From an uncultured delta proteobacterium (GTDB taxonomy: Bacteria; Myxococcota_A; Polyangia; Polyangiales; Polyangiaceae), in contig CAVOKF010000005.1 of the NCBI GenBank assembly GCA_963696385.1, forward strand, positions 1,440,001 through 1,504,000: a stretch of DNA of 64,000 nt. The letters run 5' to 3'. The notes below the pieces were generated by a model, which saw only the letters and a program-made list of their open reading frames with translations, did not search any database and was not told the DNA's origin. The first letter of the stretch is position 1, and every line of letters begins with the position of its first letter. Shown piece by piece: positions 19,514 to 29,405 of this stretch. A program made the position numbers and the translations under genes.

Positions 19514-19631
19514 GATGGGGCGAACACCTTAGGCAAAGCACACGGGCGGAAGCAACGGGCGCCTGGGGAGGCGCGGGGAGCGCCCCGCGAAGAACCGCCC
19601 CGCGTGCGCGGACAGGGCCGCTGAGGCTACC

Positions 19632-21875
19632 ATGGGCGCGGTGGTACCCGACGGCACACGGCGAGCGGGGGTCGACGGAGCGACGCCCAAAGCTTGTCCG
19701 TCGTGCGGAACGCGATACGCCGCAGACGCGCTCTTTTGCTCGCTCGACGGCGCGCCCCTGACGACCTCACCGGGTGCCATCGCGGCGGCCGCGGCGAGTG
19801 ACCCGTACCTGGGTCGCGAGATTCTCGGCCACATCGAGATCCGACAACTCGTCGGAATCGGCGCGATGGGGCGCGTCTACCGTGCATTTCAGAGGGGCAT
19901 CGATCGCGACGTGGCCGTGAAGGTCCTCCACCGCGAGCTCTCTGCGAATCAAACGCTTGTCGCGCGGTTTCAGCGGGAGGCGAAGGTGGCGTCGCGACTT
20001 GCGCATCCCCATGTCGTGCACGTCTTGCTCGTCGGGCAGCTGCCGGACGGCGCCATCTACATCGTCATGGAGTATCTCGACGGCATTTCTCTGCAGAGCG
20101 CTTTGGCCGCTGCGGGCGGGGCCATGCCCCTGCCGCGATCCCTGCACATCGCGTTGCAGTTGTGCGACGCCGCCGGCGAGGCGCACGCTCAAGGAATCGT
20201 TCATCGCGACCTCAAGCCTGAAAACGTGATGTTGGTTCTTCGCGCGGACGATCCGGATTTCGTCAAGGTGCTCGACTTCGGCATCGCCCGCCTCAACTGG
20301 GACGAGCCGTCGACGTCCACTCAGGCGGGGCTGATCTTTGGGACGGCGCGTTACATCTCGCCGGAGGGAGCTCAGGGCGACCGGGTGGGGCCCCAGGGGG
20401 ACGTCTACTCGATCGCCACGATGACGTATCAGATGCTGTCGGGCCGGACGCCGTTCGATGCGGACCAGACCGTGGCGCTTCTCGTTCAGCAAATTCACGA
20501 TGCGCCGCCTAGCCTCAAGGGCATCGAGCGATCGTCGTACGTTCCGGATCTCGTCGCCTCGGTCGTCATGCGGAACCTGTCGAAGAGGGCCGACGAGCGC
20601 TCCACGGATGCGCGCGCGTTCGGTCGCTCGTTGCTCGAAGCGGCGGTCAGCAGCGGGTTGAGCGCGCAGGACATTCTGGCCAGGCCAGCCCTGCTCGGAG
20701 GCGGCCGTGCTTCCCATGCGAGCGTCGTTCAAATGCCGTCGATGCAGCGCACCAAACAACTTACCCTCGAGCCCAGCGTTGCGGCTCGGATTGAAGCGGC
20801 ACCCCGGCAGGGGCGCGCCTCGGAGCCGGGCGACCGAGGCATTCACCCGACGGCCTACGAGACACCCGCGCTCCTGGAGCCGGAAGACGTGGGCCGGCTG
20901 ACCACGCGAACCGAGATTACCGATCCGGCGGGTGCGCCTCCTACCGCTGAAACGACGAGATGGTCGCCCCCCGCGGGCTTCGGCGTCAGGCTCGCCAAAC
21001 CGCCATGGGCCGACGTTGACGCGACGATGGACGACCAGCAAGCGTCGCGCGCCGTCGCCGGACCCGGTCGCGTCACCCAGCCGCCCGCCTCCCAGGTGCC
21101 CTTATCCTCGTCGGGGATTGGGCGTGCCCCCCCCACCACGAACGCGCCTTCATTCTCCGTCGACGCCACCCTCGCGGGAGACAAGGCCGCCGTCCACGGC
21201 TCTCCGGCAAATCGCCGAAGGGTGCTGCTCATCGCGTCGATCCTCGGCGTCGGCGTCGGCATGGCCGGCTTGGTCTGGCGCGGGCTTTCGAGCCGGGCTC
21301 CGATGGGCGCCGCGCCGTCCGTGGCGGAGCTCCCGCATGCCGATCTGGCCGCAGTCGCTCCCGCCAGTCCTCTTGGGGAACCGTCCGAGACGGACTCTGC
21401 CCGTGCATTGGCCACACACGTGCTTCCGGCGTCCGAGGGGTCCGTCGTTCCTCCGCTGGCGCGCGTGTCTGGGCCGCCGTCCGCTTTGGTCCCGTCCCCC
21501 GCCACAGCGCTGCGAGTGGTTCTGGAGACGTCAAGCAATCAGCCAGTCCCGGGGCAGCCCGTCGACTTCGAGGCCCGAATCGTGGGCGGGGTCGGAGCAC
21601 GAAAAGTGGAAGCCGCGCGGTTTCGGATTGTTGGACCGGGACTCGCGGCGGGGACCGAGCTGCCTTCGCCGGACGATGGCTCAGGCGTCTTTCGGACAAC
21701 ATTTACGTTTCTGCAGCCCGGGCGTTTCGACGTGCGATTCGGGGCGCGCGCCGACGGTGTGTCCGTGGGAGCGTCGCGCGCCGTGTCGGTCGGAGACGGT
21801 GCTGCGTCGCCTTCAGCCACCCCCGCCCCGACCGAGACGATCGCAAAGCCGCAGCAAACAGGGAAATGGCTGTGA
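19632..21875 (+). CDS. Membrane Ser/Thr kinase with N-terminal zinc ribbon and C-terminal extracytoplasmic beta domain
   Basis: CPSC...FCSLDG, GIGAMGRVY, VAVK, HRDLKPEN, DFGIA and YISPE; TM helix in the C-terminal third. Confidence 0.93.
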   Translation: MGAVVPDGTRRAGVDGATPKACPSCGTRYAADALFCSLDGAPLTTSPGAIAAAAASDPYLGREILGHIEIRQLVGIGAMGRVYRAFQRGIDRDVAVKVLHRELSANQTLVARFQREAKVASRLAHPHVVHVLLVGQLPDGAIYIVMEYLDGISLQSALAAAGGAMPLPRSLHIALQLCDAAGEAHAQGIVHRDLKPENVMLVLRADDPDFVKVLDFGIARLNWDEPSTSTQAGLIFGTARYISPEGAQGDRVGPQGDVYSIATMTYQMLSGRTPFDADQTVALLVQQIHDAPPSLKGIERSSYVPDLVASVVMRNLSKRADERSTDARAFGRSLLEAAVSSGLSAQDILARPALLGGGRASHASVVQMPSMQRTKQLTLEPSVAARIEAAPRQGRASEPGDRGIHPTAYETPALLEPEDVGRLTTRTEITDPAGAPPTAETTRWSPPAGFGVRLAKPPWADVDATMDDQQASRAVAGPGRVTQPPASQVPLSSSGIGRAPPTTNAPSFSVDATLAGDKAAVHGSPANRRRVLLIASILGVGVGMAGLVWRGLSSRAPMGAAPSVAELPHADLAAVAPASPLGEPSETDSARALATHVLPASEGSVVPPLARVSGPPSALVPSPATALRVVLETSSNQPVPGQPVDFEARIVGGVGARKVEAARFRIVGPGLAAGTELPSPDDGSGVFRTTFTFLQPGRFDVRFGARADGVSVGASRAVSVGDGAASPSATPAPTETIAKPQQTGKWL

Positions 21876-22612
21876 AGCTTCACGCGATCGCTGCCTTGCC
21901 GTTCATGACGGCAATGGCCAGTGCCGTGCGCGCGGACGACACGCGCGAACCGACCTCCGTGCTTGACCGTCCGCACACGATCGCCGTGCTCGAGGCGGGC
22001 ATCATCGCTCTGCCGAGCGCCCCCATCTCGGCGTCGAACCGCGGCGGTTCGACGCCTCTCGGAAGTGTAGGCAATGGCGACGCGACCGTTCAAACCGGCA
22101 TTCACCTGCTGTACCGCCCCAGTCGCGACTGGGCCGTTGGCGCTGGAGCTATTTTCGCACCTCATCCGACGAGCGACGACAATTACTTGGCTCCGAGCCT
22201 TCCCAAGCGCACGCACTCTCGAAGCTACCTATTTCTCGGCGGCGAAGGAAGGTACTATCCTTTTCACACTCGGTGGTTCGAAGCCTGGGTGGGGGCGACG
22301 GCGGGCAGCATCATCATCGCCGATCGGTTTACGACGGATGACGTTCCGGCGGTTCCGACATTTCTCGGCACCCCCACGGTAACGGTGTCGACCGAGGGTT
22401 TTTCCGTCGGCATCCAGGCCGGAGCGGACTACCTCATTACCGACCAGTGGGTTGTCGGTTTCGCCTTGCGGGCCGATCGTTGGTTTCTCCCTGCCGAAAA
22501 GCCGTTCTCTCAAGAGACGTCGTGCGACCCGCTCGGGGACTGTCCGACTCTGACCGGGTCGGTGGCCGCGTTCGAAGGCGGCATTACGATCGGATATCAA
22601 TTGCCGCTCTGA
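21872..22612 (+). CDS. Hypothetical exported protein, probable outer-membrane beta-barrel
   Basis: Signal peptide ending AVRA, beta-strand pattern, C-terminal GITIGYQLPL; GTGA overlap with the kinase stop. Confidence 0.7.
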   Translation: MKLHAIAALPFMTAMASAVRADDTREPTSVLDRPHTIAVLEAGIIALPSAPISASNRGGSTPLGSVGNGDATVQTGIHLLYRPSRDWAVGAGAIFAPHPTSDDNYLAPSLPKRTHSRSYLFLGGEGRYYPFHTRWFEAWVGATAGSIIIADRFTTDDVPAVPTFLGTPTVTVSTEGFSVGIQAGADYLITDQWVVGFALRADRWFLPAEKPFSQETSCDPLGDCPTLTGSVAAFEGGITIGYQLPL

Positions 22613-22674
22613 CGTGGCGACGGTCGCCGGCATTTCCGCCAGCGCCGCCGTGCGGCGCGCTGCAGCGGTTCCGC

Positions 22675-23409
22675 TCACGGCATGGTCATGATGGCTTTCT
22701 CCAACACCCCAGCGAATCGCTCGAAAACGATGCCTATCACCACGAGTGTTCCGAGCGCACGAACGGGGGCGATCAGGGCGTGCACGTGGGCGGGCGATGC
22801 CGCCCGTGCAACCAGGGCTGCCGCGATCTCGAGGACCACACTTGCGGCCAGCAGGGGGCCTGCCAGCGCGACCGCAAGCCAGATGCCACTGACGATATCG
22901 TCTCGAGCGGCAAGCAGCGGGTGGGCGCCCCCGGGATGACGTGCCAGGAGCGCCGCGACGCGCGCCGGCCGCCCGGAGGCGAGGAACATGGCGCTTGCCA
23001 AAAGCGAGATCGGGATGCCGAGGGTCGTCGGCGCACGACCTTCCGTGGTCGATCCACGGAGCGCATCGGGATCGCCGCGAAGCGCATCGGCCAAGCCGCC
23101 GGCCATGGTCGCGGCCCAAAGCGGGATCGCCGCCGCGAGCGCCACGGGAAGCCCCCGCGCCACCTCCGCCAGGCCTTCCAGGACCCATCGTTCCGATGTT
23201 CCCGCCGAGATGGGAGCGATGGCCGCGCATACGCTCGCCGCAAACACCAGGCCGAAAGCAGCCCTGACCGGAACCGGCGTGGCCCGAAGTCCGAACGCAG
23301 GGACGATCACGATCGACGGCATGACCCGCGCCCAGGCGAGTCCCAAGCCGCCGATGTCGATCCCCTGGGTGGCAAGCTCGTCGAGTATCGGTTCAATCGA
23401 CGGAGTCAT
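22675..23409 (-). CDS. FliR/SctT (EscT/YscT)-like export-gate membrane protein
   Basis: WARVMPSIVIVPAFG...VPVR, EVARGLPVAL...MAGGLADALRG and ALAGPLLAASVVLEIAAALVARAASP match the FliR/SctT helix pattern. Confidence 0.75.
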   Translation of the reverse strand: MTPSIEPILDELATQGIDIGGLGLAWARVMPSIVIVPAFGLRATPVPVRAAFGLVFAASVCAAIAPISAGTSERWVLEGLAEVARGLPVALAAAIPLWAATMAGGLADALRGDPDALRGSTTEGRAPTTLGIPISLLASAMFLASGRPARVAALLARHPGGAHPLLAARDDIVSGIWLAVALAGPLLAASVVLEIAAALVARAASPAHVHALIAPVRALGTLVVIGIVFERFAGVLEKAIMTMP

Positions 23410-23532
23410 CGGTCGGCATCGACGCGCGCGCCGAGTCGGTTGTCAAGGCAGTCTTCTGCTCTTCGCGTTGCCGTACTTGCGCGTCAGCAATCAGTTGCCA
23501 CATAGTGGGCCGTGCCCAAGCGACATGGTTCC

Positions 23533-23799
23533 ATGACGGCGCCTGCCGTTGGCTTGGACGTCGATCCCAAGTCCGGAGTCTTCACTCACCGGCTGCCGGT
23601 CGAGAGCGTACCTCGACTCGTTCTCTCTGCGGCCGAAGTTCGGGCCTTGCCGCTCGATCACCGGGCGGGCTTCATCATGTGGTTGATCGACGGCCGATCG
23701 AGCGTCGAAGACGTCCTCGACGGTTGCGCGATGCCGATGGACGAGGCGATCGCAATTCTGCGCGCACTCGCCGCGATGGGCGTCATCGCCTTCGATTGA
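23533..23799 (+). CDS. Small hypothetical protein (winged-helix-like)
   Basis: LPLDHRAGFIMWLIDGRSSVEDVLD...LRALAAMGVIAF, a pattern common in myxobacterial proteins. Confidence 0.65.
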   Translation: MTAPAVGLDVDPKSGVFTHRLPVESVPRLVLSAAEVRALPLDHRAGFIMWLIDGRSSVEDVLDGCAMPMDEAIAILRALAAMGVIAFD

Positions 23800-23828
23800 A
23801 GGAGGCTACGGTTTGGATGGGGGGACGT

Positions 23829-24110
23829 TCATGTCACCGAATGCCCCAACTTCTTCTTGCCATCCTGAAAGAGGACGTCGATCCGGGTCGCTTCGACGCC
23901 TAGGACGAGTCCTCTTCCGAACTTCGGATGCAAAATGAGATCGCCCTTCGAGTACCGTGAGGCGAGCATGAAGGGGATGAACGAGCCGTCGGGCTTGGCT
24001 TCGACGTCCGCCCAGGTTGGTTCTGCTTCCGCTGGTTTGGCCCAAGCGGGCGCGTCGTCGTCTTCAGACGGGCGGCTCGGGCCCGAGTTGCGTTGTTTGC
24101 TGCGTTTCAT
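23829..24110 (-). CDS. Small hypothetical protein with SH3/Tudor-like HPKFG domain
   Basis: YSKGDLILHPKFGRGLVLGVEATRIDVLFQDGKKKLGH. Confidence 0.7.
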   Translation of the reverse strand: MKRSKQRNSGPSRPSEDDDAPAWAKPAEAEPTWADVEAKPDGSFIPFMLASRYSKGDLILHPKFGRGLVLGVEATRIDVLFQDGKKKLGHSVT

Positions 24111-24185
24111 CGACATGGCGATCCGCCCTGTAGCGCAGATCGGCCCCGCTGGGGAGAACCGAGTCGTCGCGGTAGCATCGCCCCG

Positions 24186-24962
24186 ATGTTCGTGACGGCG
24201 GCACGTATCTATCGGGAGACGAGGAAAAGGCACGATCAGCTGTTCAACACCTATGCGATGCGTCCGATTGCGGCGCTCGTCGTGGCCGCCGTCGCGCCGT
24301 CACGCGTGACGCCGAACCAGCTGACTCTGGTCAACCTGGGCATTTTCATCATCGCGGTCGCGATGCTCGTGGCCCTACCGTCCTGGGGAGGGGGACTGGC
24401 TGCGATAGCCGTGCTCGAAGTGAGCTATTGTTTCGATTGCGCGGATGGCATGCTCGCTCGCTACAAGAAGCTGGCTTCCAAGGTGGGGCATCTCTTCGAC
24501 TTTTTCACGGACGAACTCAAGGCGGTCTTGCTCGTAGCCGCGCTCGCCGTGCGGGGATGGCTCATGGGGGGCTTTGGCGTCGATGCGAGAGTCTGGGCCG
24601 CGCACGACGCACGCTTTCTGTTCGGAGGTTTGGTCGGCGTCGTCGTCGTCGCCTCTGCCATCTCCCTCACCAATTTCGTTCGCCGTCCGGAACTTTCGGG
24701 GCGCGAAACGACGGTCGAAGCGTTTTACGAGGCCAACGTGTCGGCGCCACCAGAAAAGACCCATCCGCCCACGTCCGCCGCGCGTGCCGCGTCGCTCATC
24801 GCGACGTTCCTCCGCTGGCTCAATCACTATCCCAGCCACATTTGGCTCTGGGCCGTTGCGGGCCGGATGGACGCCTACTTTTGGATTTACCTGGCTATGA
24901 ACTCGGCTTACCTGGCACGCGGTTGGCTCGGGCTGCTGCTGCGATTCGGCCGTGTCGGATGA
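24186..24962 (+). CDS. CDP-alcohol phosphatidyltransferase family protein
   Basis: VTPNQLT and DCADGMLARYKKLASKVGHLFDFFTD (DxxDGxxAR...GxxxDxxxD motif). Confidence 0.92.
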   Translation: MFVTAARIYRETRKRHDQLFNTYAMRPIAALVVAAVAPSRVTPNQLTLVNLGIFIIAVAMLVALPSWGGGLAAIAVLEVSYCFDCADGMLARYKKLASKVGHLFDFFTDELKAVLLVAALAVRGWLMGGFGVDARVWAAHDARFLFGGLVGVVVVASAISLTNFVRRPELSGRETTVEAFYEANVSAPPEKTHPPTSAARAASLIATFLRWLNHYPSHIWLWAVAGRMDAYFWIYLAMNSAYLARGWLGLLLRFGRVG

Positions 24963-25211
24963 CGCCGTCGGGGCAGAGTCGTGTCGGCCCTTCACCGCGT
25001 GAAGACGGTGTCGTCGGGGTCGGACTTTGTGGAGCGAATCCCTACGGTCATGCTGGCGCCACGAAGACGCGTTCCAGCAACACCGACCTTCATCTCCACT
25101 AGCCGGCGCGACGTCTCGAAAGCAAGCTGGATGCTCAGCGTTCGCCCCAGCACCCGCAGTGTCCGCCTCGCCCGCCGCGTTGGCGTCGAGGCGACGTCCG
25201 GATCCGCATCG

Positions 25212-26699
25212 ATGGCCGCAAGGGTCGCCCTCGTCCTGCGGGCGTCGAGTGTCACGATAGCGGCCACGATCCCAGTGGCCGAGACGGCACGCGCCCAGCC
25301 GGAAGCCGTCACGGCGGAGTCCGAGGCTCGCAGTCATCTCATCCTCGCGCGTCGCGCCGCCGCCGCTTCCATGTGGACTGCGGCGCTCGCCGAGTTTACG
25401 CGGTCGAGCGAGCTCGAGCCGTCGGAGGCCTCGGCCGAAGGGATTGCGAGGTCGTACGACGCGCTCCACGACGATGCGGCGGCGTATCGGGCATTCCGAG
25501 GGCTTCTCGACGACTACCCCAAAGACTTGAGTCAGAGTGTGCGGGTCTACGTGGCGGCAAGACTCGGCATCTTGGCCGCCGCGACGGCGATGGTGGTCGT
25601 GCGCGTGAACCAAGCAGAGGCTCGGGTTGTGCTTGACGGCGCCGATCTCGGCGACTCTCCGTTGGTCGATCCGGTTCGCGTGAACGCGGGTCTGCACCGA
25701 GTCCGCGTTACCAAGCGGGGTTTCAAGGACGTCGAGCAAGTGATTCACGCCGTTGCCGGAACGAACGACACGATCTCGATTCTCTTGGTGGCGGCGAGCT
25801 CTCCCGCAGAAGGCGCCCAGAACGGGCTCGGCCCCGTGGAAACGCCCCCGCCGGTTGCGCCGGTCGAGCCTTCGGCCGTCGCCGTCATCACGTTCGACCG
25901 CAGGGGCACGATCGCGATCGACGGTCGAGTCGTGGGAGAGGGTGACTTCCGCGGTCCGATCTCGGTCGGTTTGCACGTCGTGCGGGTGACTCGCTCCGGC
26001 TACGAGCCATTCGAGAAAACGATCGTCGTTCGAGCCGGGGCGCCTGTCGAGCAACGCGTGAAGCTCATCCCCGTCGCCGTCGTCCCCAGAGCGACCGACG
26101 CGCGACCGGACAGACGCGGCGTCTACGGTGGATGGATCGCGCATTTGACGTTGGAGCCTGGAGGCGAGAACGGAGACGTCTGCTCCGTCCCAGGTGTCAC
26201 CCATTGTTCAACCTCGTCGCCGTTGGGGGGTGGGTTGATTGGCTACCTGGGATACCTTGTCGACCCCGTCGGCATGGACGCCCTGTTGGGAATCCAAGCG
26301 GACGCATCGACCGTCAACGCAACCGTTCAAGGTCAAACGGCCAGCGTCCTCGTGCCGCGAGTCGGCGGCATCGTTGCGCTGCGAGCGCGTCTGGAGTGGC
26401 AAGCCGGCTCGTCCCGGCTCGTGATGGCAGCCGGCTTCGGCGCGGCCTTTCGCGAGGTCGGACTCGTGGCCGGAGGGTTCGAGTCTGCGGCGTACTGGGC
26501 GCCTGCGGTGACCGTCCAAGGGGCAGTGAACCTTCGCCTCGGCCACACGACGGCGCTTTCTCTCGGTTTGCTATTCTGGGCGGAGAATGCGGGCGACGGC
26601 GTATCGCTTCAGCTCAAGCCGCTCCCGACATCCGCGCCAGTGCTTCGCTCGACGCAAGCGTTCTTCCTCCCATTCGTCGGCTTGGAGTTCGGTCCGTGA
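25212..26699 (+). CDS. TPR plus PEGA domain exported protein
   Basis: Signal peptide, TPR-like helices, PEGA-like repeats (ARVVLDG...GLHRVRVTKRGF; IAIDG...GLHVVRVTRSGY); start uncertain. Confidence 0.75.
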   Translation: MAARVALVLRASSVTIAATIPVAETARAQPEAVTAESEARSHLILARRAAAASMWTAALAEFTRSSELEPSEASAEGIARSYDALHDDAAAYRAFRGLLDDYPKDLSQSVRVYVAARLGILAAATAMVVVRVNQAEARVVLDGADLGDSPLVDPVRVNAGLHRVRVTKRGFKDVEQVIHAVAGTNDTISILLVAASSPAEGAQNGLGPVETPPPVAPVEPSAVAVITFDRRGTIAIDGRVVGEGDFRGPISVGLHVVRVTRSGYEPFEKTIVVRAGAPVEQRVKLIPVAVVPRATDARPDRRGVYGGWIAHLTLEPGGENGDVCSVPGVTHCSTSSPLGGGLIGYLGYLVDPVGMDALLGIQADASTVNATVQGQTASVLVPRVGGIVALRARLEWQAGSSRLVMAAGFGAAFREVGLVAGGFESAAYWAPAVTVQGAVNLRLGHTTALSLGLLFWAENAGDGVSLQLKPLPTSAPVLRSTQAFFLPFVGLEFGP

Positions 26700-27616
26700 C
26701 CCTCCGATCTCGCTCGACTGCAGCCGTCACCCTCGCCATCGCATGGCTGATGGTCTGTGTGTCGGCGCGTGCCCAATCGGAAACCGCCTCGCGGAGCATC
26801 CCGCCGCTCAGCGCGACGCTGCCGGCCGGCGCCGAGGTCGATTACGAAGCGGGACGGCAAAAGCTCGCAGAACACGACTTCGTGGGCGCGTTGTCCCGTT
26901 TCACGAACGCATACCGGCAGGTGCCCGATCCGCGCCTGCTTGCCAACATGGGCCTTTGCGAACAGCGCCTGCAACACTGCGCGCGTGCTACCTCCTTGTT
27001 GGATCGAGCGCTGGCCACGGGCGAGGCGCTGTTCTCGCCGGGGCAGCGGAGCGAGATTCGTGGACTCGTGGACGCGTGTCGATCCCACGTGGGTCGGGTC
27101 GCGATCCGCGTCAGCGAATGGGGCGCAGCAATCTACGTCGATGACCTCGAGGCGGGCCAATCTCCGCTCGCGTCGGAGGTTCTCGTCGATGAGGGAGCCC
27201 ATCGTGTCCGCGTCGCGAAGCCCGGCTACGTCCCTCTCGTCGAAACGGTCTCGGTCCCGCAAGGGGCGCGCGTAGCGGTCGACGCTGTGCTGGAGCCAAT
27301 GACGCGGCTCGGAGCCTTGTCGGTGCGGGTTGGGCCGAACGACGAGATTGCCATCGACGACCGGTTCATGGCCAAAGGGAGCGTTGAAACTCGCGTAGTG
27401 TCCGGGATTCACACCGTCACCGTTACATCCGACGGCAAGCGTCCGTATCGCTCGATCGTTCGGATCGAGGAGGGCCAAACGCGTACGCTCGACGTAACCC
27501 TCGAACCGGACCGACGAGTCCCAACGTGGCTCTGGGCGACCGGCGGAGCGGTGCTCGCAGCCACTCTCGTCGTGGGGATTGCTTCGGTATTCCACTCGTC
27601 CAATCCCGGGCCGTAG
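26696..27616 (+). CDS. TPR plus PEGA domain protein
   Basis: PRLLANMGLCEQRL (TPR), AAIYVDD...GAHRVRVAKPGY (PEGA), C-terminal TM; GTGA overlap. Confidence 0.8.
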   Translation: MTLRSRSTAAVTLAIAWLMVCVSARAQSETASRSIPPLSATLPAGAEVDYEAGRQKLAEHDFVGALSRFTNAYRQVPDPRLLANMGLCEQRLQHCARATSLLDRALATGEALFSPGQRSEIRGLVDACRSHVGRVAIRVSEWGAAIYVDDLEAGQSPLASEVLVDEGAHRVRVAKPGYVPLVETVSVPQGARVAVDAVLEPMTRLGALSVRVGPNDEIAIDDRFMAKGSVETRVVSGIHTVTVTSDGKRPYRSIVRIEEGQTRTLDVTLEPDRRVPTWLWATGGAVLAATLVVGIASVFHSSNPGP

Positions 27617-27785
27617 CCGACGGCGATCAGCCCGGCGCCGCCGCCCGCCTGGCCGAGCTCCTCGAACATTTGAGTCGTCGGGTCGACGACGCCCCGAATC
27701 GGCCGGCACCCGTCGCCGCTCTGGTCGGTTTACCTAGCTCATTCGCGGGTGTCCGCGGCGTCGGGCAAGGATGCTGCGCGACGGA

Positions 27786-29405
27786 CTAATGACCCGCGGC
27801 GGCGCCCCCTGGTCTCGGCTTTTGCGCGAGCCAGACGACCGGGATCATGAGCGCGGTGGCGACCCCCAAGATGAAAAGCGCGTCCAAGTACGCCAGCTGC
27901 GTCGCCTGCTGTACCAGTTGCCTGTACATCGATGCCGTGGCCTGTCGCACTGCGTCCAAAGAGCCAGCGCCCGCGTGCGCGAGTGCCCGCGAGATCGCAT
28001 CGACTCGGTCACGATAGGCCGCATCGTAGCCCGTCGTGTGGGCCGCGAGGTACGCTTGGTGAGTTTGGGATCGCCGGGCGATGAGGGTCGTCACGAATGC
28101 GATCCCGATGTCGCCCCCCATGTTGCGCGAAAGGTTCATGATCCCGCTCACCTGGTTGTACTTCGTCACCGGAACACCGGAGTACGAGATCGTCTGAATG
28201 GGAACGAAGAGAAACGCCAACCCGACCGATTGTATGGCGCGCAGCTCCACTGCGGTCGCAAAGTCCATGTGCAAGTCGATCTTGCGAGTCATATAGAACA
28301 TCGATCCGCTGAGCACGAGGAACCCGAACGCCACCAGCAGGCGCGTATCCGTCTTGCCCACGAGTCGACCGACAAGCGGCAGGAGGGCAATGACGACCAA
28401 GCCTCCGGGCGACAGCGCCATTCCGGCCTGCTGCGCCGTGTACCCCATGAGAACTTGCAAGTACTGTGGAAGAAGGACGGTCGTTCCGAAGAGCGCGATG
28501 CCGAGCATCAGCATCAACGCGTTCGCCACGGCGAAGCTGCGCCGCTTGAACATTCGGATATCCACGATGGGCGCATCGTGGGTCCATTCCCAGGCGATGA
28601 ACGAAACGAGCGACACGGCGGCGACCAGCGAGAAGCCGGTGACGAACGACGAGTGAAACCAATCGTCCTCTTGCCCCTTGTCCAGCACGACCTCGAGGCT
28701 GCCGAGTCCGATCGCGATGAGGGACAACCCCAACCAGTCGACGCCGCCGGCCCGCTCGCGACCCCATTTGAGGTGCGGCGGGTCCGACACGACGCGGTTC
28801 GAGAGAATCAGCGACGCCAGGCCCACTGGGATATTAATGAAAAAGACCCAACGCCACGAGAAGTTATCCGTGATGAAGCCACCCAAGGTGGGTCCAATCG
28901 CCGGTGCCAGCACGACGGCCATTCCGTAAACGGCCATCGCCATTCCGCGCCTTGCGGGTGGAAAGGTGTCCGCCAGAATCGCCTGCTCGCTGGGTCCGAG
29001 GCCCCCGCCGCCAATGCCCTGGAGGATGCGAAAAAAAATGAGAGATGACAGGCTCGGCGCGATGCCACACAAGAACGACGAAGTCGTGAACAGCGCCACG
29101 CAGGTCATATAGAAGCGCTTGCGCCCGATCTTGCTGGAGATCCAGCCGCTGATCGGCAGGACGATGGCGTTCGAAACGAGATAACTGGTAAGCACCCAAG
29201 TGCTTTCGTCTTGGCTCACGCTCAGGCTTCCAGCGATATGAGGAAGCGAGACGTTGGCAATGCTGGTATCGAGGACTTCCATGAAGGTCGCCATCGTGAC
29301 GACCAGGGCGATGACCCAGGGGTTGCGACCTCCGGTCCAGCCGGTCGCGAAGTACGCGGGGGGTCGCCCCTGCTCGGGATCGGGCGCCGACGCGCTTGGA
29401 CTCAT
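27786..29405 (-). CDS. emrB: DHA2 family MFS efflux permease (EmrB/QacA type)
   Basis: ATFMEVLDTSIANVSLPHIAGSL, WVLTSYL, APAIGPTLGG and WRWVFFINIPVG. Confidence 0.92.
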   Translation of the reverse strand: MSPSASAPDPEQGRPPAYFATGWTGGRNPWVIALVVTMATFMEVLDTSIANVSLPHIAGSLSVSQDESTWVLTSYLVSNAIVLPISGWISSKIGRKRFYMTCVALFTTSSFLCGIAPSLSSLIFFRILQGIGGGGLGPSEQAILADTFPPARRGMAMAVYGMAVVLAPAIGPTLGGFITDNFSWRWVFFINIPVGLASLILSNRVVSDPPHLKWGRERAGGVDWLGLSLIAIGLGSLEVVLDKGQEDDWFHSSFVTGFSLVAAVSLVSFIAWEWTHDAPIVDIRMFKRRSFAVANALMLMLGIALFGTTVLLPQYLQVLMGYTAQQAGMALSPGGLVVIALLPLVGRLVGKTDTRLLVAFGFLVLSGSMFYMTRKIDLHMDFATAVELRAIQSVGLAFLFVPIQTISYSGVPVTKYNQVSGIMNLSRNMGGDIGIAFVTTLIARRSQTHQAYLAAHTTGYDAAYRDRVDAISRALAHAGAGSLDAVRQATASMYRQLVQQATQLAYLDALFILGVATALMIPVVWLAQKPRPGGAAAGH

